Below, piece after piece: positions 1 through 7,530 of a stretch of 35,875 nucleotides of DNA. This DNA comes from Dehalococcoidales bacterium. Lineage in GTDB: Bacteria; Chloroflexota; Dehalococcoidia; Dehalococcoidales; RBG-16-60-22. Made by a program: the position numbers and the translations under genes. The stretch is taken from the NCBI GenBank assembly GCA_046760155.1, contig JBHIDQ010000001.1, positions 1-35,875 of the forward strand, in the 5' to 3' direction. The notes below the pieces were generated by a model that was given only the letters and a program-made list of their open reading frames with translations, did no database searches and was not told where the DNA came from. Numbering within the stretch: the stretch's first letter is position 1; every line of letters starts with the position of its first letter.

Positions 1-69
1 GGCTGCCCGGACAGATGATAAAGTAGCTGTAACTGTAACTCAAGAAAATAAAAGTGAGGTGGAGGCGTA

Positions 70-1431
70 ATGACTACTGCCCGTGAAGTATTTGAAGAAC
101 AATACATCTCCAAAACCAAAAAATCAAAGGAGATATATGAGGAGGCAAGGCATTATCTGGCGGGCGGGGTTCCCGGTGGCGCCAGATACCGCCGACCTCA
201 TCCTTTGTACATCAAAGAGGCCAGGGGAGGCAAATTCTGGGATGTTGACGGAAATGAATATATTGACATACTGCTTGGTGCCGGGCCAGCTATTCTGGGG
301 CATTCACATCCCTCCGTCATGGAGGCAGTGAAACAGCAGCTCGACCGGGGGACCAACATGCAAGTTACCGGTGAGTTTGCCGTCGAACTGGCGAAAAAAA
401 TAACTCAGCATATGCCCGGCATGGAGCTGATCAGATTTGTCAACTCTGGTTCCGAAGCCGTTCAACTAGCCTTACGCGCCGCCCGTGCCTATACCGGAAG
501 AGAAAAGTACGCCAAATTCGAGGGCGGCTACAACGGGCAAATGGACAATGCACTGTTTAGCGGCAACGTTTATGCCGGCCCAGAGGACAGGCCCGAACCC
601 GTTCCCGGGTGCGCCGGCCTCCCCAAAAGTGTTCAGGGTGACGTCATTATTCTACCCTGGAACAATGCTGAGGCCACGGTATCCTTAATCAGAGAACACG
701 CTAAAGAATTAGCCGCCGTGATCATCGAGCCAGTTGGGGGCATCTTCTTGGGTGGCATGCCCCCGGAGAAGTCCTTTGTTGAAGCCCTGAGAGAGGTAAC
801 CGAGAAGGAAGGTATTATTTTGATATTTGATGAGGTCATCACCGGCTTCAGACTTGGTCTCAGTGGAGGTTGCTCCGTATCAGGAGTCATCCCTGACATG
901 CGCACCATGGGTAAGATTATCGGTGGAGGCTTACCGGTTGGTGCCTACGGAGGACGAAAGGAGATTATGGAAAAGGTGGTCACCCCTGCTGAGACGAAAG
1001 AGACGGCGCCCCAGAAGATATTTTCCTCAGGAACTTACTCAGGTAATCCGGTTTCCATGGCTGGCGGAGTGGCCATGATAAAAGAACTAGAGAAGCCCGG
1101 TTTCTACGAGCGAATTGACGGCTTTGGAGAACGAATACGAGGTGGCTTGGTTAAGCTAGCCAGTGATATCGGGCTTGCCATTCAAGTGGGTGGAATTAGG
1201 TCATTGTTTAGTGTGCACTTTAGCCACCGTCCACTGAGGAACTTACGTGACATCCTCAGCAGCGATAGAGAAACAGCCGCCACCTTTTATACGGGATTGG
1301 TCGCTAACGGTGTCTATATCCCAGAACATCACGTCGCATTTACCTGCGGAGCACATACTGATGCCGATATAGACAAGATTCTGGAGGTGGCAGAAAAGGT
1401 ATTTGGGGAGATAAAGAAGCGGCAGGCTTGA
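70..1431 (+). CDS. Class-III (fold-type I) PLP aminotransferase, glutamate-1-semialdehyde aminomutase (HemL)-like
   Basis: 453-aa ORF with SD gaggtggagg just upstream. HemL-family landmarks are present: LAGGVPGG near the N-terminus, FVNSGSEA, KFEGGYNG, IFDEVITGFR and the Schiff-base lysine context TMGKIIGGGLPVGAYGG. It is longer and more divergent than canonical HemL, and there are no hem genes nearby. Confidence 0.85.
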   Translation: MTTAREVFEEQYISKTKKSKEIYEEARHYLAGGVPGGARYRRPHPLYIKEARGGKFWDVDGNEYIDILLGAGPAILGHSHPSVMEAVKQQLDRGTNMQVTGEFAVELAKKITQHMPGMELIRFVNSGSEAVQLALRAARAYTGREKYAKFEGGYNGQMDNALFSGNVYAGPEDRPEPVPGCAGLPKSVQGDVIILPWNNAEATVSLIREHAKELAAVIIEPVGGIFLGGMPPEKSFVEALREVTEKEGIILIFDEVITGFRLGLSGGCSVSGVIPDMRTMGKIIGGGLPVGAYGGRKEIMEKVVTPAETKETAPQKIFSSGTYSGNPVSMAGGVAMIKELEKPGFYERIDGFGERIRGGLVKLASDIGLAIQVGGIRSLFSVHFSHRPLRNLRDILSSDRETAATFYTGLVANGVYIPEHHVAFTCGAHTDADIDKILEVAEKVFGEIKKRQA

Positions 1432-1465
1432 ATTAATAACCTAGTTGCGAAATACAGGGTAGTCT

Positions 1466-2365
1466 ATGATGGCAAAGGAAGAATGGACAGCCTACGTTAA
1501 TGGGGAATATGTACCTCAGAGCGAGGCGAAGTTGTCCATATTTGACCACGGGGTTTTATACGGAGACGGAGTCTTCGATACGTGGTGTACCTGGAATGGT
1601 TATATATTTAAGCTTGACCAACATGTTGACCGGCTGTTCCGATCTATTCACGCCTTTCAAATCGATATGCCCCTCAGCAAAGAAGAACTCAAGAGTGTGA
1701 TTATTAAGGTAGTGGAGACAAATGGTGACCAAAACCAATACATTAAGTGCCTGATAACCCGTGGAGTGGGGCCACGGCCGCTGCTGTCGCCAGTGGGTTG
1801 CCGGACATCGGTGGTCGTGTTCTCAAGACCTTATTTGTCGGTTATTGAGCCTAGCAAAGAAGAAAAGGGGATAAGAGTTAGGATTACTAGCATAAGACGC
1901 ACTCCTCCACAGTGCCTGGACCCCAAGGCAAAGAATCTGAACTACGCCAATCTTGTGTTGGCAAAGATAGAGGCGCTGAATGCCGGGGCAGATGAAGCTA
2001 TCCTGCTTGATATACAAGGCTTCGTCAATGAATCTCCCGGCTATAACGTATTTGCTGTCAGAGAGGGTAAAATTTATACTCCCCCGGCTAATAACATACT
2101 CGTCGGGGTAACTAGAGAAACGATCTTGGAAATAGCCGAGAAAGAGGGCTTGGAGGTAATCGAGGACCAGCTGGTTCCCTATGACCTTTACACTGCCGAC
2201 GAGTTGTTCTTGGCTTCTACCGCTGGGGGCATCGTTCCTATTGGAGAAGTGGACGGGCGAAGAATCTCGTCCGGAAAGCCAGGACCGATAACTCAAAGGG
2301 TGAGTGAACTCTACTTAGAAATGCTGGAAAAGGGAGACCACGGCACCCCCTTTAAAACAAAGTAA
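1466..2365 (+). CDS. Fold-type IV PLP aminotransferase (branched-chain / D-amino-acid aminotransferase family)
   Basis: 299-aa ORF 34 nt after the previous gene. Family landmarks: FDHGVLYGDGVFDT, HVDRLFRS, ITRG, lysine context DPKAKNLNY, GVTRETILEIA, ELFLASTAGGIVPI. Confidence 0.85.
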   Translation: MMAKEEWTAYVNGEYVPQSEAKLSIFDHGVLYGDGVFDTWCTWNGYIFKLDQHVDRLFRSIHAFQIDMPLSKEELKSVIIKVVETNGDQNQYIKCLITRGVGPRPLLSPVGCRTSVVVFSRPYLSVIEPSKEEKGIRVRITSIRRTPPQCLDPKAKNLNYANLVLAKIEALNAGADEAILLDIQGFVNESPGYNVFAVREGKIYTPPANNILVGVTRETILEIAEKEGLEVIEDQLVPYDLYTADELFLASTAGGIVPIGEVDGRRISSGKPGPITQRVSELYLEMLEKGDHGTPFKTK

Positions 2366-2499
2366 CCGTAGTTTGCGAAGAGATAAGAGAGCTTTACCCA
2401 ATCATTAAGTGTAATAGAGTTAGGATTTTCGACTAATTTTCTAGAAGTAGGCACTCCTTTAATCTCGGCTCTAGAGTTTAAGCAGATAAAGGAAGAATC

Positions 2500-3555
2500 A
2501 TGGTACAAAGTGAAATTAGGGTCGCTTGGGAATCGCTGCAAGCCTTCGTCAGGGATGTGCTCTTAAGCATGGGCATGCCACCAAAAGATGCCGAAACTGA
2601 GGCAGAAGTACTCATCTGGGCTAACTTGCGAGGTGTAGATTCACACGGTGTGCTGCAAATTCCGTTTTACCTGCAAGAAGTGGACGGTGGCTATATGAAA
2701 CCCAAGCCCAACATTCAAGTTCTGCAGGAGACGGCCACCACCATGGTAATTGAGGGTGACCTTGCCTTCGGTGCGGTAGTTACTGTCTTCGCTATGAATA
2801 AAATAATAGAGAAAGCGAAGGACACGGGCGTCAGCTGGGGATTTATACGTAACACTTCACACCAAGGTGCTATCGGTTATTACTCACTTATGGCAGCAAA
2901 GAAGGATATGGCGGGAATTACTTTTACCTGTACACCTCCTGGCATGGTTCCTTACGGAGCTAAGGTTGCTGGAGTAGATAACAGTCCAATAGCCATCGCG
3001 GTGCCGGCCAGACGTCACCGGCAGGTAATTCTGGATATGGCCACCAGCGTTACCGCCCTGGGTAAAATCACCCTCGCTAAAGACAAGGGCATTCCCATAC
3101 CGGAGGGCTGGGCCGTGGACAAGGATGGCCGACCTACTACTGACCCTAAACAGGCCGCTGCACTATTACCTGTAGGCGGCCCCAAGGGCTCGGGGTTAGC
3201 CCTTATGTTTGAGTGTCTGTCCAGCGTAATGATAGGTAACCCACTACTCGAACCGGTACTGCAGGGTACTATGAAAAGTGAAGGACATCAAATCCAAAAC
3301 AGCGTTGTGGTCGCTATTGACATTAGCACCTTCACTGATATCGAGGATTACAAGGACCATATTGATAACCTGGTTGAAGCTATAAAATCTCTGCCCAAGG
3401 CAAATGGGTTCAGTGAGATACTATTTCCTGGAGAACGTGGGAACAGGACTTACGATGACCGATTACAGAACGGTATTCCCCTTCCCGAAGGAACTATGCG
3501 CCGATTGCGAAGCGTTGCCGAGAGGTTTAACCTAAACTTACCCCGAGGATTGTAA
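2500..3555 (+). CDS. Ldh_2-family (type-2 malate/L-lactate/sulfolactate/imino-acid) NAD(P)H-dependent oxidoreductase
   Basis: 351-aa ORF with SD aaggaag upstream. The N-terminal region LIWANLRGVDSHGV and the overall length are typical of the Ldh_2 family. The substrate cannot be inferred from the sequence. Confidence 0.8.
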   Translation: MVQSEIRVAWESLQAFVRDVLLSMGMPPKDAETEAEVLIWANLRGVDSHGVLQIPFYLQEVDGGYMKPKPNIQVLQETATTMVIEGDLAFGAVVTVFAMNKIIEKAKDTGVSWGFIRNTSHQGAIGYYSLMAAKKDMAGITFTCTPPGMVPYGAKVAGVDNSPIAIAVPARRHRQVILDMATSVTALGKITLAKDKGIPIPEGWAVDKDGRPTTDPKQAAALLPVGGPKGSGLALMFECLSSVMIGNPLLEPVLQGTMKSEGHQIQNSVVVAIDISTFTDIEDYKDHIDNLVEAIKSLPKANGFSEILFPGERGNRTYDDRLQNGIPLPEGTMRRLRSVAERFNLNLPRGL

Positions 3556-3644
3556 TCGAACAGCTTGTTTCGTTACCCCAGATGTAGCAAAACAGCGACT
3601 TGTCTATTTTTCTTCTAAAGGAAGAGCCATTATTCAGTTATTTT

Positions 3645-5012
3645 TTATTTTGTTGTTCCAATGAGGCCTTCGGCAAGCATCCCGTCAAAAGCAGCCCCAA
3701 AAGCGGCAATGGTTTGGGCTATATCCTCTTCAGTATGCACTGCCGAAACAAAACCCAGAGTACCTCGATGAAAGTGCACTCCATTGAGTAGCAGATGTCG
3801 ATTAAAAGCATGGACTATCTCCGGAGGCATAGACTTCGTGCAATCCAAGCAGATGGTTCTATCGCACTTCTGGCATTTACCGATAAATATATGAGCTACT
3901 GATGCTGCATTATGTGCACAGGCTTCCACACCCCGCTTCTCTATTTCACGATTCACTCCTTCCACCAACCTCTTTGCATTGGCCTCGGCGGTTTTCTGTA
4001 CTTCACCTCTGGCAACAATTCTGAGCATAGCTACTGCGGCGGCCGCCGTTAGCGGGTTCCCGTTCCAAGTACCACGGTGAATGACGTGACGATGGCGGTT
4101 CCATTCGGCTTCTCCGGGTCTTAACCAAAGCAGCTCCATAACATCAGCCCGGCCACATACTGCGGCACCACCAGGTATTCCACCACCATTTAGTTTGGCT
4201 AGAGTGCTGATGTCCGGAGTGACTCCAATCGCGGCCTGATAGCCACCGGGCGACCAGCGAAAACCGCTAATAACTTCGTCAATAACCAGTAGCGTCCCGT
4301 GCTTCTTGGTTAGCTGACGTGCTTTAGGCACAAGTTCCGGTGGCACCCCAATGCGGCCACAGTTTGCCCCACCCCCTTCCAGGAACAAAGCCGCGATGTC
4401 CTCTTTGGCTAAGGCCTTTTCCATAGCCGTCTCATCATTGCAGGGGATAACTACCGTTCCTTCTGCCACGGCATCCTCACTGATAGGAGGAATGTGTCCG
4501 GCAAAGGGCTTATCATATGGAGGTGCTATTCCAGGAAGCAGGTCGTCCGCCCAGCCAAAATACTGCTCGGCAAACTTGAGGATTTTCTTTCTCCCCGTGT
4601 AAGCCCGCGCTAGCGCGGCAACCAGCATATTGCTCTCTGAACCTGACAACATAAACTCAACTCTCTCCGCGGCTGGAATAAGCTGACATATCAGCTCGGC
4701 CCATTCCAGTTCTGACTCATTCTCGGCTCCATAATGGGTCCCCTTGGTGATTTGTTTTGTAATCGCTTCTACCAAGGCAGGGTGGGTATGACCTAACAGT
4801 AATGTGCCAAAACCCATAACGTAGTCTATATACTCGTTGCCGTCCACATCCCACTTGCGTGACCCCTTGGCGTGCGTGACATAGATGTAGGGAGCAGTGG
4901 TAAAAATTGCATCCGAGTGAAGACCACGGCTCACCTTAAAGGACCTCTCGGTTAATTCCTTGGATTTCTGATGCCCGGCGACAAACCTCTCCAAACTACT
5001 TGTCACTGCCAT
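3645..5012 (-). CDS. Class-III PLP aminotransferase, HemL-like paralogue of 70-1431
   Basis: 455-aa ORF with SD gggaggg 5 nt upstream. Motifs: LLGHTHPALVEA, MLSGSESN, LVIDEVISGFR, lysine context TLAKLNGGGIPGG, GTWNGNPL. Confidence 0.85.
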   Translation of the reverse strand: MAVTSSLERFVAGHQKSKELTERSFKVSRGLHSDAIFTTAPYIYVTHAKGSRKWDVDGNEYIDYVMGFGTLLLGHTHPALVEAITKQITKGTHYGAENESELEWAELICQLIPAAERVEFMLSGSESNMLVAALARAYTGRKKILKFAEQYFGWADDLLPGIAPPYDKPFAGHIPPISEDAVAEGTVVIPCNDETAMEKALAKEDIAALFLEGGGANCGRIGVPPELVPKARQLTKKHGTLLVIDEVISGFRWSPGGYQAAIGVTPDISTLAKLNGGGIPGGAAVCGRADVMELLWLRPGEAEWNRHRHVIHRGTWNGNPLTAAAAVAMLRIVARGEVQKTAEANAKRLVEGVNREIEKRGVEACAHNAASVAHIFIGKCQKCDRTICLDCTKSMPPEIVHAFNRHLLLNGVHFHRGTLGFVSAVHTEEDIAQTIAAFGAAFDGMLAEGLIGTTK

Positions 5013-5239
5013 TTATCCCTCCCTAATTTTAGCTATCGTATTTTTGATTGCGCATTGTACGGCTTTGCCCCTTTTCTATCCGCAGTTACATTATACGTTT
5101 TGTCACTGATTAAACAAAGTGACGTTTTGTTCACTACAAAACAAAAGGGGCTTTGGGTAAAACTTAGCCCTGCTTTGACAATCCGGGGTATAGCCTCCAC
5201 CACCGTGTTAAAAGAAATATGGATCCACCCGCCCAAAAT

Positions 5240-5272
5240 CGGGTTCCGATATCATACCGGAGCCCGTTTTTT
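5240..5272 (+). terminator. Intrinsic-terminator-like hairpin with no upstream plus-strand gene
   Basis: cgggttccg (5240-5248), a 9-nt loop, then cggagcccg (5258-5266). This gives 9 bp including one G-U pair, followed by tttttt (5267-5272). Confidence 0.55.
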
Positions 5273-5341
5273 GACTTTTTACTCAACCTGGTAACTTTTC
5301 CTTAACCAAATGGCGAAAAAAGACTTGACTTTTTACTCAAC
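5271..5341 (+). repeat. Direct repeat of the 17-mer ttgactttttactcaac, two copies 54 bp apart
   Basis: Identical 17-mers at 5271-5287 and 5325-5341. The second copy supplies the -35 box and spacer of the promoter below. The first overlaps the terminator T-tract. Confidence 0.8.
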
Positions 5342-5353
5342 ATGCTTTATAAT
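5325..5353 (+). promoter_or_regulatory. Sigma-70-type promoter for the HTH/TPR gene
   Basis: TTGACT (5325-5330), a 17-nt spacer, then TATAAT (5348-5353), about 28 nt upstream of the ATG at 5382. Confidence 0.6.
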
Positions 5354-5381
5354 GCCTTTGCAATCCTCTCTGAAGGTTTAG

Positions 5382-6257
5382 ATGATGGAAGAAGCGCCAC
5401 AATTTGGCAAAAGGTTAAGAGAGTTACGAATTCAGGCTCAGCTGACTCAGCGAGAACTAGCGGAGAAAATCGGGGTCGACTTCTCTTACCTTAGTAAAAT
5501 CGAAAATGGCGTCTTACCGCCTCCCAGCGAGAAGGTAATATTAGAACTGGCGGAAGTCTTAAATGCCGACCGAGATGAGTTAATTATTTCCGCCGGGAGG
5601 ATCCCAGCTGACATCGCCGAAATGCTGAAGAACCGGAAAACACTGCAACTCTTGAGGTCAGAGCGCACCCAGCAAAATGTCATGGCGAAAAGGGAAGAAG
5701 GGGTTAGTCTACCAACTGGCGCCACCAGACCGAGAAGGCCGCTTTTAAAGCATAAGAACTTCGCTCGGGTAGCCATCGCCCTTGTTTTGGTAATGGCGGT
5801 TGGTGCCTTATTATGGTTTGCCTTACCGGTCACGGATACCGCCGTTGCCGCCAACAATCAGGGCTTTATCTACAATAACGAAGGGGAACACCAAAAAGCG
5901 ATAGTCGCTTTCACCAAGGCGATAGAGCTTGACCCCGGCTTCGCCGTCGCCTATAGCAACCGGGGCTGGGCTTATATCGAGTTGGAACAATACGAACAAG
6001 CCATTGCCGACTGCAATAAAGCGATAGAGCTTGACCCTAACTTCGCCATCGCCTACAGCAACCGGGGCTGGGCTTATATCGAGTTGGGACAGTATGAACA
6101 AGCCATTGCCGACTGCAATAAAGCGATAGAGCTTGACCCCAACCTTGCCATCGCCTATAACAACCGGGGCTGGGCTTATATCGAGTTGGGACAATATGAA
6201 CAGGCCATTGCCGACTATGACAAGGCGGTGGAGCTTGACCCCAGCCTTCAAAAATGA
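5382..6257 (+). CDS. Membrane-spanning XRE-family HTH protein with extracytoplasmic TPR repeats
   Basis: 291 aa. N-terminal HTH LTQRELAEKIGVDFSYLSKIENG, one hydrophobic span FARVAIALVLVMAVGALLWFALPV, then four 34-aa TPR units (A-Y-x-N-R-G-W-A-Y...A-I-x-D-x-x-K-A-I-E-L-D-P). Confidence 0.85.
   Translation: MMEEAPQFGKRLRELRIQAQLTQRELAEKIGVDFSYLSKIENGVLPPPSEKVILELAEVLNADRDELIISAGRIPADIAEMLKNRKTLQLLRSERTQQNVMAKREEGVSLPTGATRPRRPLLKHKNFARVAIALVLVMAVGALLWFALPVTDTAVAANNQGFIYNNEGEHQKAIVAFTKAIELDPGFAVAYSNRGWAYIELEQYEQAIADCNKAIELDPNFAIAYSNRGWAYIELGQYEQAIADCNKAIELDPNLAIAYNNRGWAYIELGQYEQAIADYDKAVELDPSLQK
5940..6245 (+). repeat. Three tandem in-frame 102-bp repeats (TPR units), near-identical at nucleotide level
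   Basis: Units start at 5940, 6042 and 6144. By hand count, units 1 and 2 differ at about 6 of 102 positions and unit 3 is somewhat more diverged. A more degenerate fourth unit precedes them (about 5838-5939). Confidence 0.9.
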
Positions 6258-6349
6258 CTCGGAGGTTCCGATAAAAGAGGAGGATTTATTTGGTTTTTAC
6301 TTACCATTTAGAAATGATGTTATTCTGGCAAATTAAGGAGGAATAAGAA

Positions 6350-7429
6350 ATGAAGAACAAGAGATATTCTAAGATAGTGGTAATATTTGCTCTGATATTA
6401 GTAATCACTACCTCACTGTGGATTGCCTTACCGGCTACGCCTTGCTACGCACAAAGTGGCTATGCTATTCTGGAAACCGGGGAAGCTGGCGCACCACCTC
6501 CTCCTGACCTTACCTTGTTAGGAAACAAGATTGACGCTCAGGGAGTAATGACCAATGATGTTACTGCCAAATCAGGTGATGGGGCATGTCAGCTAACGAT
6601 AACTAAGGGCACAGAGGCTCTCGACAGGTTCGGTGAACCCCTGACCGGGATAATTATGGCCACGATGAAAGAACCGCCTGAAGCACCGGCAGATTCTAGC
6701 CTGGTTAGTAATGTCTACAACCTTGAACCTGATGGAGCTACCTTTGACCCGCCAATAACCCTCACCTTCAACTACAGCCAGGGTGATGTACCCAAAGGAG
6801 CTGCTGAGGGAGCTTTAGTCATCGCTTTCTGGGATGAAGACAGAGGTGAGTGGGTCGTGCTTGAAGACGTTACTGTTGACCCGGTAGCAAATACCATCAG
6901 CGCACCAGTAAGTCACTTTACCGGCTTCACTATCATGGCTAGCACGCGCCCAGCGGCGTTTACCGCCAGCGACCTGACCATAACTCCCACCGAGGTTGAT
7001 ATCGCCCAAAGTGTAACCATCAGTGCCACTGCTACCAATACCGGTGACCTTGCCGGCAGTTACGACGTAACTCTGAAAATAAATGGTAAAGTAGTATCGA
7101 CGAAGAAAGTAACCCTGGCTGGTCAGGCTAGTGGGCAGGTAACCTTTACCACCATTCAAGGTGCGCCTGGAACCTATGCCGTAAATATCGATGGTCTGTC
7201 CGGCACTTTCACCGTTAAGTCGCCACCACCAGTGGTGATTAAGCAACCACCGGCACCGGCTCCGGCGCCAGCACCTCCGGCTCCGGCGCCAGCACCTCCG
7301 GCACCAGCACCACCAGCGCCGGCTCCAGCCCCGGAAGTTAACGTGTGGCTACTCGTCATCATTGCGGCGGCGACAATCATAGTGGTTGGGGTGGTTATCT
7401 GGCTCTTCGCCTTCCGTAGTGAATACTGA
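6350..7429 (+). CDS. Secreted/cell-surface protein with Pro/Ala stalk and C-terminal transmembrane anchor
   Basis: 359 aa with SD aaggagg upstream. N-terminal signal-like span IVVIFALILVITTSLWIALPA...YAQ, beta-rich domains (one CARDB-like: ITPTEVDIAQSVTISATATNTGDLAGSYDVTLKINGK), a PAPAPAPAPPAPAP linker, and the terminal hydrophobic helix VWLLVIIAAATIIVVGVVIWLFAF. Confidence 0.75.
   Translation: MKNKRYSKIVVIFALILVITTSLWIALPATPCYAQSGYAILETGEAGAPPPPDLTLLGNKIDAQGVMTNDVTAKSGDGACQLTITKGTEALDRFGEPLTGIIMATMKEPPEAPADSSLVSNVYNLEPDGATFDPPITLTFNYSQGDVPKGAAEGALVIAFWDEDRGEWVVLEDVTVDPVANTISAPVSHFTGFTIMASTRPAAFTASDLTITPTEVDIAQSVTISATATNTGDLAGSYDVTLKINGKVVSTKKVTLAGQASGQVTFTTIQGAPGTYAVNIDGLSGTFTVKSPPPVVIKQPPAPAPAPAPPAPAPAPPAPAPPAPAPAPEVNVWLLVIIAAATIIVVGVVIWLFAFRSEY
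7247..7334 (+). repeat. Low-complexity Pro/Ala-coding tract containing a perfect 21-nt tandem duplication
   Basis: ggctccggcgccagcacctcc occurs at 7258-7278 and again at 7279-7299. The surrounding ccn/gcn codons encode (P/A)n. Confidence 0.85.
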
Positions 7430-7466
7430 TAAGATTTAGTTGCTCGGCAGAGTGGAGTAAATAGAT

Positions 7467-7498
7467 TCGGGAGGAGCGTTGCTCCTCCCGAGTTTTTT
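7467..7498 (+). terminator. Intrinsic terminator between the convergent surface-protein gene and glmS
   Basis: tcgggaggagc (7467-7477), loop gtt, gctcctcccga (7481-7491), giving a perfect 11-bp stem followed by gtttttt. An A-run on the other side could allow bidirectional function. Confidence 0.75.
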
Positions 7499-7530
7499 CC
7501 TCTCCTAATTTAAAAAAGTAATGATAGTCC

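Noticed and set aside
70-1431. Calling this gene hemL (true glutamate-1-semialdehyde aminomutase).
   Set aside because: The family resemblance is clear, but several things argue against it. There is a second similar paralogue 2 kb away, and both are about 20-25 aa longer than typical HemL. Key HemL strings are altered (GGVPGGARYR instead of GGVNSPVRAF, and KFEGGYNGQ instead of KFEGCYHGH). The neighbours are other aminotransferases, not hem genes. I therefore kept it as a family-level call.
4971-5294. 107-aa plus-strand ORF spanning the divergent intergenic region.
   Set aside because: It starts inside the antisense of the aminotransferase gene and has no SD. It reads straight through the hairpin and T-tract at 5240-5272 and has an implausible composition.
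5823-6251. 142-aa minus-strand ORF with an internally repetitive sequence. I also considered whether the 102-bp repeats could be a CRISPR-like or satellite array.
   Set aside because: The repeats are contiguous with no spacers and in frame, and they encode textbook 34-aa TPR units on the plus strand. The antisense ORF is a by-product of the repeat.
7174-7380. 68-aa minus-strand Gly/Ala-rich ORF.
   Set aside because: It is the antisense of the Pro/Ala linker of the surface protein, so it is a low-complexity artefact.
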